DNA of 64,000 nt from an uncultured Gammaproteobacteria bacterium (lineage in GTDB: Bacteria > Patescibacteriota > Patescibacteriia > UBA2591 > CAYTBZ01): positions 33,980-97,979 of the forward strand of contig CAYTBZ010000001.1 in assembly GCA_964436275.1 (NCBI GenBank), given 5' to 3'. Below the pieces are notes generated by a model, which had not been told where the DNA came from, made no database searches, and saw only the letters and a program-made list of their open reading frames with translations. The first letter of the stretch is position 1. Each line of letters opens with the position of its first letter. The translations under genes were made by a program, and so were the position numbers. This document shows positions 29,987 through 38,311 of the stretch, piece by piece.

Positions 29987-31831
29987 TTATCTTTCTGGAG
30001 GAATTTTTTTATAATCTAAAATAAACTTGGCTATCCTACTAAAAATCGGCGTGGCTGAATCAGCAGCAAATCTTACTGCCCGAGGGTAATCTAATTTTAC
30101 CAAAATAGTAAATTGAGGATTATCTATTGGTCCAAAGCCACAAAAAGAATGAATCGTCTTATTGGGTAAATATCCCCTTCTTTCAGGATTAGAAACTAAA
30201 GCCGTTCCTGTCTTACCAGCAAGATAATACCCCTTTACTCTGGCTTTTTTCCCATATCCATTCTCTACCACAGAAACGAGCATTGCTCCTAAGGTTGAAG
30301 CAGTTTGAGAGGAGATAACCTGAGAAAGAACCTTAGGTTTGTTTTCTTCAATAATCTTTTGCTTATTTTTATCAATAATTTTTTCGACTAAATAAGGCCT
30401 CATCATTTTGCCCTGATTAGCAATGGCAGAAAAGGCAACTATTAATTGAAGAGGGGTAACACTAATTCCCTGACCAAAAGAGGCGGTAGCTGTATAAATA
30501 TCCCCTCTTTTCTTTAAAGAACTGATATCCCCCCTTGCTTCTCCCGGTAATTCAATCCCCGTTTTTTTGCCAAAACCAAATTTTTCTACGTATTTTTTAA
30601 AAATTTTTTTCCCCGTCTTTTGCACAGCAAAGATGGCTCCAGTATTTAGAGATTCCTCTAAAACTTGGGTCATTGTCTTTTTACCGTGGGCTTTTAAATC
30701 AGCATTCTTGATTGTATACTTGCCAATCTTTACCTCTCCTTTATCTTCATAAGTAGTAGTTGGAGTTAGTTTATTAGTGTCTAAAGCGGCAGCAAAGGTA
30801 ATTGCTTTAAAGACCGAACCAGGCTCGTAAGTATAAGAGACAGCTGGATTAAGAAATAAATTAATATTCTCTACTTTATTATATTCATTAGGATCAAAGT
30901 CAGGATAATTGCAAAGAGCCAAAATGGCTCCGGTCTGGGGATTCATCACAATAACTGTTCCGCTATCAGCACCGTATTTTTTTATCCCCTTTTTTAATTC
31001 TGAACAAGCAAAAAATTGAATAGGATAATCTAAGGTAAGAATAATGTCCTTGCCATCTTCCGCTTTTCTTTTAATTTCAGTAGAAATGGGTATAAACCTT
31101 CCTAAAGCATCTCTTTCCCCAACAATTAATCCTTCTTGCCCACGAAGAATTTCATCAAAATACTCTTCTATTCCATACTGCCCCACTTTTTTATCTCCTT
31201 TATAGCCAGTAAAACCTAAGATATGGCTAAATAAATCTTTATCTGGATAATAACGCGCTGGCTCAGGAAGGAAACCAATTGCTTTTTCTTTCTCTGATGA
31301 ATTCTTTCCTTTTTTAACCTTAATATCAAGTTTTTTAATCTCTTCAACCTTTTTAGATTCAACAAAGTGTTTTATTGGTTCATAAGGATCATTCTCTTTA
31401 GATAATCGCTGTAAAAGAGTATCATAAGGGACATCTAAAAGTTCGGAAAGTTTTTTTGCTGTCTCTTCAGGATCAACAATAAGTTTGGGAACAGCATAGA
31501 CCAAATATAAATCTCGATTAGTGGCTATTAAATGAAGACCGTTAGGACTTTCTGGGTCTTGAACGAAAATCTCCCCTCTTTTTGGTTCTATCGTCTTTGT
31601 AGCCCTTCTTATTTTTAATGCTTGGAGGTGATAGGTTTTATAATTCAAGACCTGAAGCTGAAAAAGCCGACCAGCAATTAAGACCCCTAAAAGAAAAAAG
31701 AAAACCGCTAAAAAAGTAATTCTTCCGGTTTTCTTTTCTCTCTTTCTTGTCCTTTTTATTCTAAACATAATGGAAGGACAAATTATCTTTAAATCATCTC
31801 TGAGCAACAGTAGAAGGAATAGGCGAAACAA
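29987..31831 (-). CDS. ftsI: Penicillin-binding protein, FtsI-like transpeptidase
   Basis: N-terminal TM, PBP dimer domain, SVFK / SxN / KTGT motifs. Follows ftsL. Confidence 0.8.
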   Translation of the reverse strand: MFRLFLLLLLRDDLKIICPSIMFRIKRTRKREKKTGRITFLAVFFFLLGVLIAGRLFQLQVLNYKTYHLQALKIRRATKTIEPKRGEIFVQDPESPNGLHLIATNRDLYLVYAVPKLIVDPEETAKKLSELLDVPYDTLLQRLSKENDPYEPIKHFVESKKVEEIKKLDIKVKKGKNSSEKEKAIGFLPEPARYYPDKDLFSHILGFTGYKGDKKVGQYGIEEYFDEILRGQEGLIVGERDALGRFIPISTEIKRKAEDGKDIILTLDYPIQFFACSELKKGIKKYGADSGTVIVMNPQTGAILALCNYPDFDPNEYNKVENINLFLNPAVSYTYEPGSVFKAITFAAALDTNKLTPTTTYEDKGEVKIGKYTIKNADLKAHGKKTMTQVLEESLNTGAIFAVQKTGKKIFKKYVEKFGFGKKTGIELPGEARGDISSLKKRGDIYTATASFGQGISVTPLQLIVAFSAIANQGKMMRPYLVEKIIDKNKQKIIEENKPKVLSQVISSQTASTLGAMLVSVVENGYGKKARVKGYYLAGKTGTALVSNPERRGYLPNKTIHSFCGFGPIDNPQFTILVKLDYPRAVRFAADSATPIFSRIAKFILDYKKIPPER

Positions 31832-32192
31832 AATCTTTTTGGCTAATTTTAACTAAATTTAATCTTTGGGAAACTCTTTTTAAATTCTCAATTGATTGAA
31901 GTTGGGTTACTTTTAATTCTAATTCTTTATTAATATCCGCCAACTTACTAATCTGTTTATCTAATTCTTTTGACTTAAAAGTCAAAATAGTAAGATTGTT
32001 TATTGAAAAAAGATAAAAGAAGAGAGCTAATATCACAAAAATAAAGAGACAGTATTTTATCTTCTTAGCTTCACTTAAATACTTTATAAACGATTTTAAA
32101 GATCCTCTTTTCCTTCGAGCGAAAAAGTGATAATGGTAACGACGAGATAAAATGTTTGAATAAGCCATATTTTTAAAATTAATTATATTCAT
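31794..32192 (-). CDS. ftsL: FtsL-like small bitopic cell-division protein
   Basis: 132 aa, single TM then coiled coil. Position between rsmH and ftsI. Confidence 0.5.
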   Translation of the reverse strand: MNIINFKNMAYSNILSRRYHYHFFARRKRGSLKSFIKYLSEAKKIKYCLFIFVILALFFYLFSINNLTILTFKSKELDKQISKLADINKELELKVTQLQSIENLKRVSQRLNLVKISQKDFVSPIPSTVAQR

Positions 32193-33076
32193 ATTTTTTC
32201 AGCTACTCTCATTTTTGCGCTTCGAGCCCGAATATTTATTTCTATTTCTTCCTCAGAAGGACGTACTGGTTTTTTGGTAATTATTTTTAATTTATCCTGA
32301 TTGTCTAGAAAAAAATTCTTCACTATTCTATCCTCTAAAGAATGAAAAGAAATGACGATTATTCTTCCTTTTGGTTTTAAAAGTTCTACTGCCTGAGGAA
32401 TGGCTTTTTTTAAATTCTCTAATTCTTGATTAACTACAATACGTAATGCCTGAAACACCTTAGTTGCTGGATGAATTTTCCCTCTCCTCTTACCCTTCTT
32501 TTGATAGACCTTAACAATCAAATTAGCCAATTCTTTTGTGCTTTTTATTTTTTTCCTTTTTCTTTGTTGACAAATTTCTTGAGCAATTTCCCTGCTTAAT
32601 TTCTCTTCGCCATATCGCCTAAAGATGCTGGACAATTCATTTTCTGACCATTGGTTTATTATTTCTTCTGCTTTTAAGCCCTTTCCAGAAAGACGCATAT
32701 CTAACTCTGCTTCTTGAGAGAAAGAAAACCCTAACCACCCAGTTTTAATTTGGTCCAATGATAAACCCAGGTCAAATAAAATACCACTAATTGGAAGATT
32801 TGGAATTTGCTCATTGACTATTTTTTTTAAATTTACAAAATTATCTTGAACTAAAATAATTCTATCGCTAAATTCTTTTAACCTCTCCCGGCTTAGTTGA
32901 AGCGCCTTTTTATCAAGGTCAATAGCCAACAACTTTCCTTGGGGAGAAGTCCTCTTAAGAATTTCATAGGCATGTCCGCCTCCTCCTAAAGTACAATCTA
33001 TGAAATTTTCATTGCTCTTCGGTCTAAAAAATTTAATAACCTCTTTTAAAAGAACTGGCCGATGTAAAATTCCCAT
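32189..33076 (-). CDS. rsmH: 16S rRNA m4C1402 methyltransferase RsmH (MraW)
   Basis: HRPVLLKEV...FIDCTLGGGGHA SAM-binding motif. Confidence 0.9.
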   Translation of the reverse strand: MGILHRPVLLKEVIKFFRPKSNENFIDCTLGGGGHAYEILKRTSPQGKLLAIDLDKKALQLSRERLKEFSDRIILVQDNFVNLKKIVNEQIPNLPISGILFDLGLSLDQIKTGWLGFSFSQEAELDMRLSGKGLKAEEIINQWSENELSSIFRRYGEEKLSREIAQEICQQRKRKKIKSTKELANLIVKVYQKKGKRRGKIHPATKVFQALRIVVNQELENLKKAIPQAVELLKPKGRIIVISFHSLEDRIVKNFFLDNQDKLKIITKKPVRPSEEEIEINIRARSAKMRVAEKI

Positions 33077-33081
33077 ATTTT

Positions 33082-33513
33082 TTATACTCCTAACTCCCCT
33101 AATGCTTCAGCAATATCACTGCTGCTTTTTTCTGTATTTGATTTATATTTCTCCCAACTTTCTTCATCCCAAATTTCTAATCGGTTAAAAAGTCCGGCAA
33201 TCACTACTTTTTTCTTCAAACTAGCATATTTTCTTAAATAATCAGGTAGGATTATCCGACCCTGCTTATCTATTTGGACATTCATTGCTCCAGCGAGCAT
33301 CAGACGAGAAAATGCCCGAGTATTGGCCTTACTAATTGGAAGTTTAACTAATTTATCAGCCAGTTTTTTCCATTCTTCAACTGGGTATAAAAACAAACAA
33401 TTATCCAGTCCCCGAGTTACTACTGCTCCCCTGCTTAATTTCTGACGAAATTTAACTGGAATAAAGAGACGTCCTTTTTGATCAATGGTATGATGGAATT
33501 CTCCAATAAACAT
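33082..33513 (-). CDS. mraZ: Transcriptional regulator MraZ (start likely ATG at 33511-33513; ORF track extends to GTG at 33531)
   Basis: MFIGEFHHTIDQKGRLFIPVKFR... duplicated DxxxR MraZ/SpoVT-AbrB motifs. Confidence 0.85.
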   Translation of the reverse strand: MFIGEFHHTIDQKGRLFIPVKFRQKLSRGAVVTRGLDNCLFLYPVEEWKKLADKLVKLPISKANTRAFSRLMLAGAMNVQIDKQGRIILPDYLRKYASLKKKVVIAGLFNRLEIWDEESWEKYKSNTEKSSSDIAEALGELGV

Positions 33514-33523
33514 ATTAATAAAG

Positions 33524-33630
33524 TTATCCACAATTCTTTTGACTTATCCCCACATTTATCCACAATTATCCACAACTAATATAAGTATACACCATTTTCC
33601 CCCACCAAACAACTATCAAGCTGTGGATAA
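33524..33630 (-). promoter_or_regulatory. Cluster of perfect TTATCCACA 9-mers (DnaA-box identical), likely MraZ operator
   Basis: Plus-strand TTATCCACA at 33524-33532, 33556-33564, 33566-33574, inverted at 33622-33630, degenerate TTATCCCCACA at 33545-33555. On the coding strand three GTGGA/GTGGG direct repeats fall at exact 10-bp phase. Confidence 0.6.
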
Positions 33631-33713
33631 CTTTTTAGAGAAATTTAATAATAAAAAAAGACGGATTTTCACCCTCTTTTTTACTTCTAAATCCGTCCCT
33701 TTAATAAATTCTT

Positions 33714-34145
33714 TTATCTTTCATAATAAGCCAACTCTCCGTAAAAGGGAAAAACGAATTTTGGTTGTTTTTTATTTTTAATTTTTTGATATTTTTTAAA
33801 AGCAATTTTGGCTAATTCCTGAAAATCATTAAACTCTTTTTGTCTAAATCCTAAAGCAGGAATTTTTAAGACAAAAGCAAAGGCATTCGCTACAGCACAG
33901 CCAGTTTTTAGAGAAGTATAAGAACCAGGTCCTTTCACAACAAAAAGCCCGGCTAATTCTGCCGGCTTAATTTTATTTTTTTCCAATAATTCATCAATGG
34001 CAAAAAGTAATTTCTCTGAATGCTTTTTTACACCTTTTCTAAAAACTGAATGGGAAATTAAACAATCGTTCTTAGCTAATCCGATAATTATTTTATCTCG
34101 TTGGGTTGTCTGAATTATTAGAAAAACATCTTTCTTTTTCTTCAT
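33714..34145 (-). CDS. tsaB: tRNA t6A biosynthesis protein TsaB-like (short)
   Basis: IIGLAKNDCL..., VVKGPGSYTSLKTGCAVANAFA (YeaZ/TsaB signature). 143 aa. Confidence 0.6.
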   Translation of the reverse strand: MKKKKDVFLIIQTTQRDKIIIGLAKNDCLISHSVFRKGVKKHSEKLLFAIDELLEKNKIKPAELAGLFVVKGPGSYTSLKTGCAVANAFAFVLKIPALGFRQKEFNDFQELAKIAFKKYQKIKNKKQPKFVFPFYGELAYYER

Positions 34146-34756
34146 CTTATTTTTGACTTCAATTTAGAATTATTAAGGAGAATAATTTTTCTGTTTTCTA
34201 GGATATTAAAGATAAAACGGTCAGTCAGTTCTCGACGGTTAATAAACTCTCTTTGAGTCATTATCGTATAAAAAATTGGTCTTTCTAATTCTCTTTCGAA
34301 TTTTCTGATGATTCTCTTAATTTTCTTTCTGTTTATTCGACCAACAATTAAAATATCTGTCTGGGTGTTAGGAACCCCGGTAAATATTCCGGTTAAAATT
34401 ATCAAATGAACTTTCCCTGCTTTTTGAATCTTCTTAACTAAAGAGTTTCTTAATAAAAGTTGAGATTTGGTAACCAATGCTTTTAATTCCGGATAAAGAA
34501 CAAAATTTTTATTAACTTGATAATATTTCTTCTTAATCTTTCCCTTTCTTTCAATTCCTAATTCCTTTAACTCTTTATTACTTAACTCTTTCAAAAAACC
34601 AATTTTTTTTAAATTTTCTATTTCCCGACGTAAAGCATTTAAATGAATCCCTAATTGTCGAGACATTTCTCGTAAATAAAATGTTGAGTCAATTTCCGTT
34701 AAGAAAAATCTCAATAATTTTGCTCTTGTTTTGGAGCCAAATAATTTTTCTAACAT
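34142..34756 (-). CDS. Winged-HTH transcriptional regulator family protein
   Basis: N-terminal HTH (TRAKLLRFFL...LREMSRQLGIHLNALRREIENLKKIGFL). Translationally coupled to tsaB. Confidence 0.45.
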   Translation of the reverse strand: MLEKLFGSKTRAKLLRFFLTEIDSTFYLREMSRQLGIHLNALRREIENLKKIGFLKELSNKELKELGIERKGKIKKKYYQVNKNFVLYPELKALVTKSQLLLRNSLVKKIQKAGKVHLIILTGIFTGVPNTQTDILIVGRINRKKIKRIIRKFERELERPIFYTIMTQREFINRRELTDRFIFNILENRKIILLNNSKLKSKIR

Positions 34757-34831
34757 ATAGAAAATAGAGATAAAACTTGTTTTTTCCTTATCATTATTAT
34801 AATATTTAAGAAGGGAAAGGTAAAGAAAAGT

Positions 34832-37030
34832 ATGTTCAAATATAAAATACAGCTGGAAAAACTAATTGTCTCTCCCAAAGAAAAAGAAGGAAAAACCATT
34901 CCTTTTTCTTTTATTTCTGAAGAAGATAATCTTTTGGGCAGTTTGTTTATTATAGGCGAAATAAACGCTTTCCCCAAGAAAAAAGAAAAACCGCAACAAG
35001 CCCTTAATGAATTAATTAATTTTTTAATTGAATCCATAAGAAAAAATTATTTTGACCAGCCATCTTGTCCAACACCCGAAGAACCCTTAGAAAAAACATT
35101 GGAAAAAGTAAATGAAGAATGGCAAGAAAATTTAACAAAAAATTCAGAGATATTAGAAGAGATAGATTTTAAAAGAATTCTTCAAACCCTTCATCTTGTT
35201 GTTGGCGCAGTTAAAGAAAACAATATCTCTTTTTCCCGTTTGGGTATAGCCCACGCTCTTTTAATTAGAGAAAATAAAATAGTGGATATTTTTTCGTCCT
35301 CAGAAGAAAATAATAAAATAAACATTTTTAAGCCATTCTCTAATATTGTCTCAGGTAAACTCAAAAATAACGAAATTATTTTTTTCTGCTTTGATAATTT
35401 TTTGGATTATTTTTCCTTAGAAAAAATAAAAAGAATTCTCCAAGAATACCAACCGGACAAGGCAGCCTCTTATTTACAAAGTTTAATCCAGCCCATTGAG
35501 TCATCAAGAAGTTTCTCGGCTATCATTCTAAAAATAACTCCCCAAAAGAAAACTATTCCTAAAACCATTCATCTTCCTGTGCAGGCAGAAGATTCCTTAA
35601 GTCAATTAATTCTTAAACAAAAAGAAACAGAAAAATTTATTCATCCCTCACCTATTCCTTCATTCCGTTTTCCATTTAAAAAAATAGTCAATCAAATAAA
35701 ATCTCTAAAAGAGAAAAAAGAATCTAAAAAAATTAAAAAGGAAATAAAAAAAGTAAAAAGTCAACTTCTATCTTTAATAAACTCAATAAAGAGAAAAAAA
35801 ATTACCTCTTTTATTGGAGAACAAGTAATTTCTTTGAATAATAAGATAGTCAGTAGATTTCCTCGAATAAAAAAAATAAATATCAAATTGCCTCAATGGA
35901 AAATTAAGGCAAAACTAGTTAAAATCCCTCGGCACAATCGCACTTATTTTGTCGGTGCTGTCACCATTGCTATAATTCTCATTTTAGGAATTTCTATTTC
36001 CTTGCTTTACCAATCTCATCAGAAAAAAATTAGATATTATCATCAAGTAATCAATGAAATTAAAGAAAAACAAACTTTGATTAGTTCAGCCCTAATTTAC
36101 CGTAATGAAAAAAAAGCAAAAGCCCTTCTCTCAGAAGTGAACAAACTTCTCCAAGAAATACCTTCCAACAAATCTCGCTGGCAAAGTATATATGAAGAAT
36201 TATCAGAAAAGAATGAGCAGCAACTTAATCAAGTACGTCATTTAGTCAAATTGGAAAACCCCTTTCTTCTTGTAAATTTAGAAACAAAAGAAACAAACTT
36301 TCAACCGAACCACCTTCTTGTTTTTAAGGATAACCTTTATTTTTGGCAAGGATATAATCTTTATCAAATTAATTTAAGAGATAAAAAAATAAAAAAAATT
36401 GCTCACTCACCATCAGACCAAGGCAACTTAAAACTGGCTGATGTCTTTGATGAAAATTCTCTCATCTTCTTTACAGATAAGCAAAATTTTCTCAAATATG
36501 ACTTAAAAGAAAAGTCATTCTCTCCGTTAAATGTAGAAACAAAACACCATTTAGGAGAAGTCAAAGATATTGAAATCTACGCTAATCGCCTTTATCTTTT
36601 AGATAAAACTAACAATCAAATTTATAAATACCTCCAACTAAAAAATGGTCTGGGCAAAGAAACTACTTGGCTAAAAGACAAAATAAACCTTCAAGAAACA
36701 GTCAATTTAGCTATTGACAGCAATATCTGGCTAGCTAAAAGTAATGGTGAAATTGTTAAACTTTATTTAGGTAAAAAACAAAACTGGCAAGCAAAAATTG
36801 ATCCTCCTCTAAATTCAATAAATAAAATTTATACTAAATTAGATTATAACTATCTTTATATTATTGACGCTAAAAGTAAAAGGGTGATTATTCTAGATAA
36901 GAATGGTAAATTATATCAGCAGTTTGAATCAGATAAATTTGATGATTTAAAAGATATAATTGTTGATGAACCAGCAGGAAAAATTTATCTGCTAAATAAA
37001 GCAAAAATCTATTTAATCCAATTTAAATAA
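34832..37030 (+). CDS. Large hypothetical membrane protein (N-terminal cytoplasmic domain, one TM, C-terminal repeat/beta-rich domain)
   Basis: 732 aa. TM at TYFVGAVTIAIILILGISISLLY. The only large plus-strand gene. Bidirectional terminator follows. Confidence 0.55.
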   Translation: MFKYKIQLEKLIVSPKEKEGKTIPFSFISEEDNLLGSLFIIGEINAFPKKKEKPQQALNELINFLIESIRKNYFDQPSCPTPEEPLEKTLEKVNEEWQENLTKNSEILEEIDFKRILQTLHLVVGAVKENNISFSRLGIAHALLIRENKIVDIFSSSEENNKINIFKPFSNIVSGKLKNNEIIFFCFDNFLDYFSLEKIKRILQEYQPDKAASYLQSLIQPIESSRSFSAIILKITPQKKTIPKTIHLPVQAEDSLSQLILKQKETEKFIHPSPIPSFRFPFKKIVNQIKSLKEKKESKKIKKEIKKVKSQLLSLINSIKRKKITSFIGEQVISLNNKIVSRFPRIKKINIKLPQWKIKAKLVKIPRHNRTYFVGAVTIAIILILGISISLLYQSHQKKIRYYHQVINEIKEKQTLISSALIYRNEKKAKALLSEVNKLLQEIPSNKSRWQSIYEELSEKNEQQLNQVRHLVKLENPFLLVNLETKETNFQPNHLLVFKDNLYFWQGYNLYQINLRDKKIKKIAHSPSDQGNLKLADVFDENSLIFFTDKQNFLKYDLKEKSFSPLNVETKHHLGEVKDIEIYANRLYLLDKTNNQIYKYLQLKNGLGKETTWLKDKINLQETVNLAIDSNIWLAKSNGEIVKLYLGKKQNWQAKIDPPLNSINKIYTKLDYNYLYIIDAKSKRVIILDKNGKLYQQFESDKFDDLKDIIVDEPAGKIYLLNKAKIYLIQFK

Positions 37031-37077
37031 TTTATTGTCAGTCAAATTATTTTTTGGTTATAAAAATAAATAATAAA

Positions 37078-37102
37078 AGCGCTAGAAAACAGCGCTTTTA
37101 TT
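37078..37102. terminator. Bidirectional rho-independent terminator (AAAAGCGCT-AGAAAAC-AGCGCTTTT)
   Basis: 9-bp stem flanked by A-run and T-run. Lies between convergent 732-aa gene and rplL. Confidence 0.55.
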
Positions 37103-37133
37103 AAATCTAAATCACTTACTGATGTCTCTAAAA

Positions 37134-37613
37134 TTATTTCAAGGTTACTTTAGCGCCCGCACTTTCCAGTTTCTTTTTTAATTCTTCTGCTTCCTCTTTT
37201 TTAATTCCTGATTTAATTACCTGAGGAACATTATCAACTATGTCTTTACATTCCTTAAGCCCCTTTTGGGTAATTTCTCTTAAAATTTTAATCACTTCAA
37301 TTCGGTTATCTCCTGCTTCAGAAAGTTCTAAGTCAAAAGTAGATTTTTCTTCTTCTCCTGCTCCAGAAGCTCCTTGACCCGGAGAACCAGCTGGAGCAGA
37401 AGCCATAGAGACAATCGGGCTAACACCAAATTTATCTTCTAAGATTTTCACCAATTCAGCCAAATCTAAAACAGACATTTTTTCAATTTCTTCAACTATT
37501 TTCTTAAACTTCTCAGGAACTTTTACTTCCTCTTTTTCTTTTTCCTCTGTTTTTTTCTCTTCTTGTTTTTTCTCTTCTTGTTTTTTTTCTTCTTGTTTTT
37601 TTTCTTCACTCAT
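37134..37613 (-). CDS. rplL: Ribosomal protein L7/L12 with K/E-rich N-terminal extension
   Basis: Canonical NTD ([19 protein letters not shown]), hinge, CTD ([22 protein letters not shown]...[11 protein letters not shown]). Preceded by EEKKQ x3. Confidence 0.9.
   Translation of the reverse strand: MSEEKKQEEKKQEEKKQEEKKTEEKEKEEVKVPEKFKKIVEEIEKMSVLDLAELVKILEDKFGVSPIVSMASAPAGSPGQGASGAGEEEKSTFDLELSEAGDNRIEVIKILREITQKGLKECKDIVDNVPQVIKSGIKKEEAEELKKKLESAGAKVTLK
37545..37608 (-). repeat. Tandem 15-bp repeats encoding (EEKKQ)n at the rplL 5' end
   Basis: ttcttgtttttt(tt)ctc units repeated about four times on plus strand. Confidence 0.7.
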
Positions 37614-37634
37614 AGTTTTATGATTAATTTTAAA

Positions 37635-38159
37635 TTATTCTTTAGCCTGTTGAATTGCTTTTAAAATATAAGTAAAACTGCGCAAAGGACTAGACAAAAC
37701 ATTTATCAAACCAAAAATAGGACCTCTAATTGAAGCAATAAGTTGGTTAATTAATTCATTCTTTGTGGGTAATTTAGCCAATGAGATTATCTCTTCTTTT
37801 TCAAGAAATTTATTCCCTAAAAATCCTCCAAAAATTTCCAATGCCTCGTGTTTTTTCCTAAACTCATAAAGAATCTTTGCCGGCAAAATTTCATCTTCAA
37901 AACCAAAAGCCAAAGCAATTCCACCTTCAAACTTTTTTAAATCAACCCCATTAATTCCTGTCTCTTCTAAAGCAATCTTCAATAATGTTTTCTTAACAAC
38001 TAAATACTCTCCTCCCTCCTTTTTTAATTTGCTTCTCAATTCATCAACTTCATTAACCTTTAAACCAAAATAATTGGCTAAAACAACACTTTTCATTGCT
38101 TTTAACTTCTCAACTAAATTTTTAACAATCTTCTCTTTTTCTTGTCTTGTTTTAGTCAT
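37635..38159 (-). CDS. rplJ: Ribosomal protein L10
   Basis: MTKTRQEKEKIVKNLVEKLKAMKSVVLANYFGLKVNEVDELR... typical L10. Followed by rplL. Confidence 0.9.
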   Translation of the reverse strand: MTKTRQEKEKIVKNLVEKLKAMKSVVLANYFGLKVNEVDELRSKLKKEGGEYLVVKKTLLKIALEETGINGVDLKKFEGGIALAFGFEDEILPAKILYEFRKKHEALEIFGGFLGNKFLEKEEIISLAKLPTKNELINQLIASIRGPIFGLINVLSSPLRSFTYILKAIQQAKE

Positions 38160-38273
38160 AAAAATAAATTAAAAATGGTCTGTATTCCCAGACCGCTAAA
38201 ATTCATCAATCTTCGGTCGCCTCGGCAGGATTTATCTGCAAAAGCAGACCTGCGGTCTTGGGCAACTAAGATA
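38160..38273 (-). ncRNA. Structured 5'UTR, L10-leader-like autoregulatory element
   Basis: GC-richer than surroundings with nested hairpins (GGUCUG..CAGACC, GCAGACCUGCGGUCU). Sits between a strong promoter and rplJ. Confidence 0.4.
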
Positions 38274-38301
38274 AGTATATCAAACAAGAAGAAAGTGTCA
38301 A
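38274..38301 (-). promoter_or_regulatory. Sigma70-type promoter of rplJL (TTGACA-N16-TATACT)
   Basis: Read on minus strand: TTGACActttcttcttgtttgaTATACT. Confidence 0.5.
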
Positions 38302-38311
38302 TAGGTTATAC

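Noticed and set aside
33524-33630. DnaA-box cluster as the chromosomal origin of replication
   Set aside because: No dnaA/dnaN or other origin-linked genes are in the window. The boxes are phased at exactly 10 bp immediately upstream of mraZ, which fits an MraZ operator better. It is kept as a finding with the oriC idea noted as the alternative.
34750-35037. 95-aa minus-strand ORF
   Set aside because: Overlaps the promoter and start of the 732-aa plus gene and the start of the HTH gene. It is low-complexity with no RBS.
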